A DNA stretch of 64,000 bases, from the NCBI GenBank assembly GCA_029953675.1, contig JAMWBK010000006.1:496001-560000 (forward strand), read 5' to 3'. Source of the stretch: Rhodosorus marinus CCMP1338 (taxonomy: Eukaryota > Plantae > Rhodophyta). Of this stretch, positions 1 to 9,997 are shown piece by piece; position 1 is the stretch's first letter; each line of letters starts with the position of its first letter. Made by a program: the position numbers and the translations under genes. The notes beneath the pieces are model-generated. The model was not told the origin of the DNA. It saw nothing but the letters and a program-made list of their open reading frames with translations, and made no database searches.

Positions 1-515
1 AAAGGACTATATGCGTGCGGTTCAGACTCTGGCGTGCTCAACCTCTACGAACGCGGAAATCCGACCCCGAGAAAGTCCTTTTTGAACCTGACAACACCGC
101 TGGATGGCATCGAGTTCAGCTCTGATGGGGAGATTTGTGCGTTCTTCTCGAACACCCTGAAAAGTGCGTTCAGGTAAGGCAATCTGGAATCTTGACGATC
201 GGCTTTCCAGTCGACTTCCCTCGCAGTTCAATGTTCTCCCCTCTTTTTTTGCTGGTCTCGGGAACGGTTAGTTAGAAACCGCTCCTGGTTGGGAATGTGA
301 AGCGTGCTGACCCTCGTCTTTCCGGAACGGCTATTCTCTCTTCTAGGGTCGCCCACGTTGGTTCTGGAACTGTATTTTCGAACTGGCCAACGGAGGCTAC
401 AAACTTGCGGAGAACGTTTTGTGCTGATTTTAGCCCGGGGAATGGATTCCTTGCGACAGGAAATGACAAAGGCAACGTTTGTTTGTTCAGACTGCATCAC
501 TATGCTCCTCGCTAA
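1..515 (+). CDS. UTP18: U3 snoRNP WD40 protein UTP18, 3' part (gene begins before the window)
   Basis: Frame 1 reads KGLYACGSDSGVLNLYE...KSFLNLTTPLDGIEFSSDGEICAF...KSAFR. A GT-AG intron at 174-346 (branch-like GCTGAC near 306) joins it to VAHVGSGTVFSNWPT...DFSPGNGFLATGNDKGNVCLFRLHHY, stop at 513-515. This matches the UTP18 C-terminal motifs. Confidence 0.85.
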
Positions 516-858
516 GACGAGTCCTGAGTGTTCCCTGACAAGAAACGGTACCTGGAGTCTTGAGGCAGTGTTAATATTGGTGTAGGGGAAGGTCTTCCAA
601 AGCGGGAATGTGTAATAATACTAACTTATGGCTAATAAACCCCACGATCACGGATGGCCCTTCAAGCTCCTAGGTGGCGGCAGCCGCACAGCAAGGGAAG
701 CTGCTCTATTATCTACGTCCGACCTCTGGCTAGCATTATTGCTAGCTGCCCGTCTTTTCCGCAGACATGGCCTCTATAAATGGGGTTGTTTCATTCCTGA
801 TTTCCAGATCCTTTGCTTCTACGAAATCAAGACGTTTAATCTGGTTATATTCACATGC

Positions 859-1893
859 CTACTGTGCCTGTGACTTGGCCTCAATGATCTGATCGACTAG
901 ACCATACTCTCTAGCCTGGTATGATGACATAAAGTTGTCTCGGTCCATATCCTGCAGCAGATTTTCGTACTCTTGACCAGTCATACGTGCATACTCGTGG
1001 GTCAGGTTCTCTCGAATTCGCAAGATCTGCTGGGCTTCGACCTGGATGTCCGACGCTTGTCCCTGGGCTCCTCCCATCGGCTGATGAATCATCACTCGCG
1101 AGTGTGGAAGTGCAAATCGTTTTCCCTATCAATCGAACATTGAGGTCGTACTTTAGAACGCTCTTTGAACTCCGATAAGGTCTAGCACTGTGACATGGTT
1201 ACCTTCGATCCTGCAGCGAGGAGGAATGAGGCCATAGAAGCGGCAAGTCCAACGTTGATTGTTACAATCTCAGACTTAATATGTTGCATGGTGTCAAAGA
1301 TCGCCATTCCTGCGATCACAGATCCTCCCGGAGAATTGATATACAGGTAAATGGGCTTCTCGCTGTCCTCCGATTCGAGATACAGCATAACTGCAATGAT
1401 CTGATTCGCGATCTGGCCAGAGAGAAAGAAGAGTTAAGCATGCACGTCGAGCCAAGTCAAGCTAACTGATTAGCACAGCTACCTCATCGTCAATCTCCTG
1501 TCCCAAAAAGATGATTCGCTCGCGGTACAGACGGTTGTAAATATCCACCCACTCAGCCTGTTGCCCTCCAGGCACACGATAAGCGACCTTGGGTACACCA
1601 ATAGGCATCATAGTCCATCGTGCTCTGCTAGCGCTGCTAAAACCAAGCAGCCCCATCAAAAGCAAGTCAGCACCACATATCCATTCAAAAAGAAACTCTC
1701 AAAGTGCAAAACCGCCATTGCACAGCCGAATTCGAAAGGAAAACCAAAACAAACGAAAAAAACAACTTCCAACTCACCTCTTCACCTCAGCGGTCGCGAA
1801 AACCTCCCCGTGAAACCCAGATCCCTGCATCCTACCGCAGAACGAGCTTGTGCTCGACCGCAAAGTACCCACTCCAGTCCCTACAAACGCCAT
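859..1893 (-). CDS. clpP: Plastid-targeted ATP-dependent Clp protease proteolytic subunit (cyanobacterial ClpP3/plastid ClpP1-like), 4 exons
   Basis: Exons 1893-1778, 1636-1483, 1412-1203 and 1125-859, all with GT-AG borders. Transit peptide [14 protein letters not shown]... precedes [14 protein letters not shown]...[32 protein letters not shown] (Ser), RVMIHQP (His) and DMDRDNFMS (Asp). Confidence 0.95.
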
Positions 1894-3008
1894 TTCTCTC
1901 CCGCCCAAGATCTCACAAATCGCCCTCAATCCCCTCCCAAAAAGCTCTCCTTAATTCCCTCTTGTGACGATGAGGTTAGTAACCCAAACTCCTTTGATCC
2001 TTTTTATCCAATTCCAATACCTTCCAAGGACCCTTCTTCACCCCAACCCGAAGAGAGTAACTCCTCACCCTCCTTTCATATACATCCTCCCCAAACCCCC
2101 TTTCCCCCCCCCCTTCGAGATGGCAAAAATCTACATCTCAATCCAGAAAAAAAATCCAAAAAAACGCTGTCCACGTCCCGCAATCTCACAAACATGATCA
2201 TCAATCACCTCAAGATAGATGACCTTCCCCTTATTTTTCATCAGCAATTCATAAATCGTCTCCCATCCTGCGTTTCCTGTCATCTACGCTGACGCCTGAG
2301 GCCTAAAAGTAATATTACTGATATACCCCCCTTATTAAAAGTCAATTAATGACCACATTTTAATATAATACATATAACAGCAAAATTGAAAACTGGGGAT
2401 ACCCCCCGATCTCAAGAATCTATTATTCAGTCCAAAATATTTTGACTGAATTTCAGTCTTTATTGAGGAGCTGGGTTGTGGGGGTTTGGTGGTGGTCTCC
2501 AGGTATCGAACATTGCTGATAGGAAGGAGGAGGGTTTTACCGTAGATCCCTATCTCCATCATGGCTTATCCAAACAGTACGAAGAAGTAATTTAGGTTGA
2601 AATGGAACAATTTCTTCCAAGCACTTTCCACGTCCAAAGTGATTGCGAATCGGTGATCGATCTCCTCCGGAGGGGGGTGGTGTTGTGTTAGTTTAGGCCC
2701 TCTTTGCTTTGTTTTCACGGCGCTCCAAGCTGGACAAGGTGTCGACCTCTATATTTAGATCAACTACCGTTGACCGCGATCAATGGCGAGATTCCCGAGA
2801 TGAGAAACCTTCCGACAGACCTCAAGCTCTTCCTGTTGATGCCCGCATTGGCTCGTGCTCAGTTGGAATCCCGGAAGGGGCGATGTGGGGCTAAGCATTT
2901 CACTCAAAGGGCAGGTTTTTACTGAAGCTGTTACGGCAGCCTGGCCTCGGTTAGTCTGCGTTGGAGCTGACCCTGTTGGCTGTCGTTGAGAGATCCAGCT
3001 AGTCGTCT

Positions 3009-5306
3009 GTGCAGACCTCTTTTTTCTTTTTTTTTCAGTTGCTGAAGACTTTCACTCTGGCGGCGCGGGAGAGTGAAGATGATGAACAAAACGGGGAGAA
3101 AATATCAGAGTTGGAGGGTAAGGCTCAAGGCCCCCGGAAACATCTGGAAGCAGAGAGCTCGTTGGCGGTCTCTAAAACGCTTGAGAGAGTGAAGCTTAAG
3201 AAACGGCAGAAGGAGGAGAGGCTTAGGAGGGCGGGGAAAGAGCTTCCCAATCCCTCCCATGGGGAGGACAGTGACAACCTCCAGTGGATAGCTGCTGATG
3301 ATGACCTCGAGTGGGTAGATGCTGATGATAATCCCGGCGAGGTAGAAGACAGATCTATTGACAGGCCCGGTAACCTTGAATCTGGAGTAGATGAGATTGA
3401 AGTGGTTTATAGTGACGGACCGGAGACCAAAACGACTTCTGTAGAGAAGGGGGATGGATACGATGAGGGGTGTGAGTCTGTTGTGAGAGATTTACAGGCA
3501 GGAGTACTACCACATGAACAAATCAGTGAAGAAAAGCAGCCCTTGCTCTCAGAGGACGACGATGAGATAATTGTTGACCTCGGAACGCCAAATAATTCTG
3601 AGGGCGGTGCTGATGAGACGGAGCCCAAACCTAAGCGCGCGAGAGTGAGCGCTGAGGAGAAACGCTACTACTTGAGCATACATAGTGCCCATCTGACGGT
3701 GCTAGTTTGCCTGATTCCTGGAAAAGCAGACCAGGTGGCCTCGGATGCGACCCTGCAAGAAACTGCTTCAAGCTTGTTAGCAACTGGAGAAATAAGCGAC
3801 ATTCCGTCCTTGCGTCGTTCAGTAATTCTGTTCTGTGCAAATATTGCACAAGCGGCGAGAGGACTATCGGTCAAGAGTGCAGACCTCAGAGAGAGGGCCA
3901 AGCTTTTGGTTCAGAGGAAAATCGGCGGGCCCCTGGAAGCCATGGTTGTCTTGGCGGCGGCGCTCCGTTGGAAGGGTCTTCGCACCAGAACCGTGGCCTC
4001 TTTAATTCCCGTGTCGCATAGACACAGTGTGGTGAACCAGAGCGTGGACGCCAACACAGAACACTGGTGCGAAGTATTCTTGAGCGGTCGATGGATCCCC
4101 GCGAGCGCAGTAAACGGATCTGTCGACAAAGTGCAATCCATGTTCGCCAAAACTGGAACTCCGAAGAGAAGGGGACCGGCTGCCAGTAGCGAGCGGAAGA
4201 GGTCCGCTTTACACACACATGTCATTGCGTGCGAACGTGGACGCTACTACGATGTTACCCCGAGGTACAACAAGGAATGGCACAAGGTTCAAGCGCATCG
4301 GGCTCCGGATAATCTTCTGGGGGAGCTTCTAAAGCGTCTATCGGTGACCCGCACTCTCGAAAGCCCCGACTCAGGCTCTGAGGCAGATAAGGTGGAGCTG
4401 GAGGGGATCGCTCTAAGCGAGCCATTGCCTACTTCTCAGGCAGCGTATGTAAACCATCCGCGTTTCGCTCTAGAGAAACATTTGCTTAAGTTTGAAATCC
4501 TCCATCCGAAAGAGCCAGTATTGGGATACTGTTCTGGTTTACCAGTCTATCCAAGGCGATGCGTTCACACACTTCGATCTAAAGAGAGATGGATTCGAGA
4601 AATGCGAATAGTTCGAGATGATGCTGAACCAGTGAAACTCATGGCTGCAAGGAAAGGTTCTTCTCGTGAAGGCCAGCAGATAGAGCTCTTCGGGTTTTGG
4701 CAGACTAATAAGTACGTGCCTCCTTTCGCGTTTGACGGCATCGTGCCCAAGGATGAAAACAACAAGCTGGACATATGGACTCCGGAGCACGTTCCAGGCG
4801 GCTGCGTACATGTAAAGATGAAGTACGCGGCGCAGATGGCTCGACGGTTGCAAATAGATTACGCGGTTGCTATGACGGGATTTGACGTAAGGCCAGGCGG
4901 AAAATCCGTCCCAAAGTTTGAAGGTGTCGTAGTCCTGGAGGAGAACAAAGAACTGCTCGAAGATGCCGCTCGCGCTGGAATGGGAATGAAAATAGAAGCT
5001 GACGCCCGAAAAGAGTACGACCAACTGATTAGCCTGTGGCGAAAGGTTATTCGAGCAGTCCGAGCAAAGGAAAAGGTTCGAAGGAAGTACGGAGGTGCCC
5101 TGGAGCATGATCTGACATATCTCCAGTCCAAGAGACTTGGAGTCGAGCAGAAGCTACTGGAACCGGAAGGTCCTTCGGCTTCTGTCGAGAATAGAGCTCA
5201 CATACATGAGTATCTTCCCGCGGTGGCGGATCGGAACAAGCCGTGGGAGTTTGTTGAGATCTGCAAGACATGTGGGGTGAAACATCGATTCTCAAAGCTT
5301 TGCTGA
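3009..5306 (+). CDS. XPC: DNA damage recognition protein XPC/RAD4 (5' end uncertain; likely splice acceptor at ~3038)
   Basis: 765-aa ORF with the transglutaminase-like motif HWCEVF...RWIP, YDVTPRY, BHD-region EPLPTSQAAYVNHPRFALEKHLLKFE, ELFGFWQT..Y.PP...DGIVPK and AMTGFD...VPKFEGVVV. The N-terminus is acidic and low-complexity. Confidence 0.92.
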   Translation: MQTSFFFFFQLLKTFTLAARESEDDEQNGEKISELEGKAQGPRKHLEAESSLAVSKTLERVKLKKRQKEERLRRAGKELPNPSHGEDSDNLQWIAADDDLEWVDADDNPGEVEDRSIDRPGNLESGVDEIEVVYSDGPETKTTSVEKGDGYDEGCESVVRDLQAGVLPHEQISEEKQPLLSEDDDEIIVDLGTPNNSEGGADETEPKPKRARVSAEEKRYYLSIHSAHLTVLVCLIPGKADQVASDATLQETASSLLATGEISDIPSLRRSVILFCANIAQAARGLSVKSADLRERAKLLVQRKIGGPLEAMVVLAAALRWKGLRTRTVASLIPVSHRHSVVNQSVDANTEHWCEVFLSGRWIPASAVNGSVDKVQSMFAKTGTPKRRGPAASSERKRSALHTHVIACERGRYYDVTPRYNKEWHKVQAHRAPDNLLGELLKRLSVTRTLESPDSGSEADKVELEGIALSEPLPTSQAAYVNHPRFALEKHLLKFEILHPKEPVLGYCSGLPVYPRRCVHTLRSKERWIREMRIVRDDAEPVKLMAARKGSSREGQQIELFGFWQTNKYVPPFAFDGIVPKDENNKLDIWTPEHVPGGCVHVKMKYAAQMARRLQIDYAVAMTGFDVRPGGKSVPKFEGVVVLEENKELLEDAARAGMGMKIEADARKEYDQLISLWRKVIRAVRAKEKVRRKYGGALEHDLTYLQSKRLGVEQKLLEPEGPSASVENRAHIHEYLPAVADRNKPWEFVEICKTCGVKHRFSKLC

Positions 5307-5426
5307 TCAGCGCGAACAGCCTATCATCTTCTCGACGGTGCCACTGGCTCACTCCTCGATTCGCAAGGTAAATGGACGCCGTTCCAAGCAGAATGCTTCA
5401 ATCGCCATCGAGGAAAGCATTCTTGC

Positions 5427-5932
5427 TTGCATTGCAATGCCAACGAGTGGCACATTCACGGCTCTATTCAAAAAGCTATGAGCGAATTGGATTGCTGGGA
5501 TATCGAAATAGTTATTTATGAGATAAAAGATGATCAAACGACTCAAGAAAGCTGTTGTCCTCCCCAGCCAAGCCAAAAATTCTACTTCCTGCCAACCATA
5601 CCTTCGCCAACCTGCTTTGCTTTCAAAGTCGAGCGTGACGCAGATGGGAAGTCGCCAGATATAAGATAAAGCAGGCGGTTCTACGCAATAATTGTCGCTA
5701 CCAGGAGTTGTTTGGTAGCCTAATATTCTTGGCCCACGCGGACGTGACCAGATATTTTCTATGCGGTGCGATAGTTGTCAAGCCACCCTCGCGCTATGCA
5801 GAGCACAGGATGATGGCAAAAGGAATCCTGCTCTATTTGCAGAGGACCAAGAATTACCAACTGGAGATGGGAGCAAGCAACCATTCGACGAAGGATGTTG
5901 AGTTGTACACTGATTCACCTTGGCGGGGTTAA
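5427..5932 (+). mobile_element. Degenerate Ty1/copia retrotransposon pol fragment (RT start plus RT end/RNase H start)
   Basis: FKVERDADGK..(RYK) resembles the copia RT start. YQELFGSLIFLA, a frameshifted T*PDIFYAV and AKGILLYLQRTKNYQL...VELYTDSPW resemble the copia YQSLVGSLMYL..TRPDI..AV...AKRVLRYLKGT...GY.DADW region. Stops and frameshifts are present. Confidence 0.7.
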
Positions 5933-7056
5933 AGGAGAGAGACTTTATGTGACTGGCCATATTCTTATGTACACACCGTTGGCATCATCGTAACCTTAAT
6001 CCTTCGCTCGCTGACTTGATCCTATCAACCTACACCAGAGAACACTACAAAACATTAAAAGTTTTCATACCCTATCGTGTTCATTGGTTGAATACCATAT
6101 CCGATTTCGACATTTCCAAACGTGTTCCATCGATGCTCACCACAAATCAGCAACTCTCTTCCATTCATGGCTTTAAAAATCCAATTAGATCCTAATTATA
6201 TATATAAATCAAGCTTTATTCTATACATGTAAGTTTTTCATTCGTGATACTTAACACGTGTCTATATATTATTCAATTACTTTTTAGTCAGTGAACGTTC
6301 ACCAATAATGTTGAAGAATATTTGTAAAACTTGAAATTTACATGAAAGTCTGATCATAATTACCATCTCATGGAGAGAAAGATACTAAATCCAAGGGGTA
6401 CATGGTCAAACAACTGTTACCATGGTATGGCCACAACTTGACCCCTACAGAGCTTCAGGAGCAGAAGCATTTTAACGATATATTACTCATAAATTATTTA
6501 TCTATATAGTTTTTTATAAATAAATAAATTAAGAACGGTATAATAATCGATACGTAAATATCTAAGTAGGGGTGGAAAGATGTTCAGATAAATATATGCT
6601 TTGAAAAGGGTTTGAGGGGTACTATAGAATAGATTGTAGAATAGCTCAAAACTTCTTATTTCTTCCAAGTTTTTGGGGAGAAAGGCGGAGACGATGAAAA
6701 TCGACATTTTCGATGGAATTTAGAAAAATGGTGTTTTGTTTTTATTTTTCGTTGCTGCCGGTGGTCCACTACTTGACATATAAATGTTGAGACGCTCCTA
6801 CAGCAAGCAGAGGCGGGAGTTGCGTGAGGGAGGGTGGAGGGAGGTTTGGTTACATCACGTGAGGGTAGCAAAGGTTGAAAGATGATCGAAGCAGGATAAA
6901 GGAGACATTTGTGGGTGAGCTGTGTTGCGTGGGCGGGGCGCAGCGGGGGTTGAGTGTCTGTGAGAGTTGAGGTGGGTTGGTCCGCGACTGGGGAGGTGGA
7001 GGGGGTCTGGATAGGGATTGGATTGGATTGGCTTGTTGATTTTTTAACTTGTGAGC

Positions 7057-8788
7057 ATGTCGGGGATGTGCGGGTTTGTTAATTCGGCTGGGTTTGCCGG
7101 GAGGCGAGGTTCTGCCTCGGTTACTTGCAATGTCGCTCAGCGGCCGCTATCGATGGTAGGGTTTTTCGCCTTATTTTTCGCTCGATTCTTCAGAGCTGTT
7201 TTCGGTTGCTAACCGTTTTCGTTTTCATTACAGACTTTGGCGGAGAAGGAAACTGGAAAGACCACACGAATGTCGAAAAAGCAGGGCCAGGGACAACGGG
7301 GAAGGAGGCGTTATTACTCTCAAGCACGCATGGAGGAGGACCGCAGGCAGAGAAAGCATGTAGAGAGAAGAAGAGCCGTCCAAACCGAGCCCGACTCGAA
7401 GCTTCTCGACATGCTCGATTACCTGCGGGAAATTGGTCTCTCAATCGAAGACTGTGGACGAGTGGTACGTAGTATCAATAAGAACTCGGACCAGTTCGTC
7501 TTTCTTCTTCTTCCGCTGCTGATGCATGCGTGCCTCTTCAATTTCTCCCGGCTCGAACAATGCGCAGGTACAGAAACGACCGCAGGTTGTGGATCTTGAT
7601 GTGGGCAAGGACATTGAACCCTGCCTTCATTTCCTAGCTGGTCCTGTGTTCGGAATGAATGAGAAGCAAATAGCCCGAACTATTCGCAATGCCCCCCAAA
7701 TCTTTATGAAGAGCAGGAGCTCTATGCTTCCCCGAATTGACTTTCTGAAGAGACTGGGAATCGAGGGTCCCGAGCTCGCGAATGTGGCAAGTTCTAGGCC
7801 GCATGTCCTGTGGATGGATTTGAGCAACGCCAAGCGAGTAGTGGATTGGGTGAAAATCGAGCTTGAAATGGATGATAAGAAGAACCTGGCAAGGTTCTTT
7901 TCTGCAGCCCCGCAGGTTCTACTTGAGGTAGGATGGGTTTCGATTTGTCGTTCGTCTCCAGTCTCTCTTCTTTTTTTCTAATATGGAAATGGTTCGGCCT
8001 CGTGTTTAGTCTCCTCGAAGGCTCCAAATAACGATTAACTGGTTCAAGGACAAAGTTGGGCTGTCCGAGGCGCAAGCGAAAAAGGCTGGGGAGAAGTGGC
8101 CATATGTCTTCGGGTACAGGCCGGATTCGACTTTTAACAGCCGAGTTGAGTGCCTTGCGAAGTTTGGTCTAAGCAAGGAGACCATTAGTAGAGTTGTCGA
8201 GTCGACCCCGAAAGTAGTCGCAATGTCAGTCAATGCACAACTGGGGAAACAGATGGAGATTTTACTTGATCTGGGGATACGCGAGGAGAACCTGGACAAG
8301 ATAATTAGTACTGTACCTACGTTCTTCGGTACCTGCCCGCAAGCAAGGATAGAATTTTTCCTTTCTATTGGTTTGGACAAGGAGAGCTTGGCAAAGATGG
8401 TTGAGGCTCAGCCAGGCATTCTCTTCCTATCTCTGAAAGCGAACCTTCGGCCGAAGTGGGAGTATTTCACGAAGGTGATGGGGGGTAGCGCGGAAGACTT
8501 GAAACAAGTGCCTGGCTACTTTGTACTGAATCTGGAACAGCGGATAATGCCAAGGTTCGCATTTTGCTGCTCGAGAAATGTCTCAGCACCCATCAAGGAC
8601 ATGGTAAGCATTTCAGAAAAGCTGGATTTAGCTGCTCGAGACACTTTTTCTGACGTTGACGGTTTCTCCTTCAGGTGAGCGGCACGGATGAATACTTTTG
8701 CAGAAAGATTGCCAAGGTTCCGTATCAGGAGTATCGACGTTTCGAAGAAACCGGTGACTGGATGATGTTCAGTACACCGCTAATGTAG
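7057..8788 (+). CDS. mTERF family protein, probably plastid-targeted, multi-exon
   Basis: ATG at 7057 gives MSGMCGFVNSAGFAGRRGS (transit-like), first intron 7156-7233. mTERF repeats follow (MLPRIDFLKRLG, FLSLKANLRPKWEYF, PGYFVLNLEQRIMPRF). The last exon reads VSGTDEYFCRKIAKVPYQEY..., stop at 8786-8788. Confidence 0.88.
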
Positions 8789-9997
8789 ATTTGGAGTGTA
8801 AGAAAGCTCTATTTTTAGGGGGGATATCGGAACAACATGGATCTAGAGGACCGGATGAATTGTTGAGTACCGCTTATTGTTATGAATCTAATAGTCAGTC
8901 CAAGAGACTTGAACGTACAGTGCCTGTACCCGTGGTATATAGATGAGAGTTCTACCATTATTTAAGTAAAGTAGATGGGTTACAAAAATTTCCTTGCCAA
9001 TCTCGTCCCGAGGGGAGGTGTGGCCATTCGCCAGCTTGATCCGAGCTATAACCGTAGGGAAACATCAAATTCCTGCCGGTACCAAGTAACTGTATCCTTT
9101 ACTGGGCATGTGATGACGCACCTTCAGGACCACAATAAACTCCCCAAAGCCATGAGAACTCAGCAGGTTTCCACCCTCCTCCCAAACCGAACGCCGTGAT
9201 GAACAGCTTCCAGAGAATTCCATTCACCTCAGCATTGTATGCCGATCATAACAAACAAACTTCATACCCCTCCTTCATACCCCTCCTACCACATCGTCCT
9301 CGATCACGTAGAATAGGGCTTAAATATTAATAATTTATAATATCCCGCTTTTTCAAATGTTCCATTAGGGGGTTACTGGGATACGTTGACAATTTCCAAA
9401 CCGCGATGAGTTTCCATGACAGCTGTCCACCATTTTGATCCTGTTATTTCAAAAAATTAGACTTACCCGTCCAGGAGAAAAAATTTAAAATTTTAGAAGT
9501 TTCTGCTCTGGAACTCCCAATTTTTTTGTTTTTTGAAACTAATTTGTACGGTAGATTAGTTTGTTTTTGTTTTGCGTTTATTTCTGATGCCATGGTGACC
9601 TCTTTTTGGGACATTCGCCTCTATTTGCGTCGAAGCGTTGGCTGGGTAAAAGTTTTTGCTTTATGAACTAGGAGTGTCGCTTGAGGGTTGGAGGTAATTT
9701 TGGAGTTTTTTGCTGAAGTTAGGTCTTTTGGGGAAGATGTTGAGTTCAGGTTGGGGGGGGGGGGAGGAAGGAAGTGGTAGTGTGAGAGAGGTATGATAAG
9801 ATTTTGAAGGTATGGGGACTGTAAATGTATGAAGTATGATGTGAATTGTGCTTCTGGGTTTGGTTGAGTAATGGAGGTTTGTGGGGACGGTTTTGTGTGA
9901 GGGAAGGTTGTGTTGTGTGGGGGGAGGGGGTGTTTTTGTGGAGAGTGGTTTTGGTTGCTGATTACGAAGGCGGTTTGTAGATAAGAGGAAAACAAGA

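Noticed and set aside
1561-2292. 243-aa P/S/K-rich plus-strand ORF
   Set aside because: It is antisense to clpP exons 1-2 and its C/A-rich upstream tract; the length is explained by compositional skew lacking stop codons.
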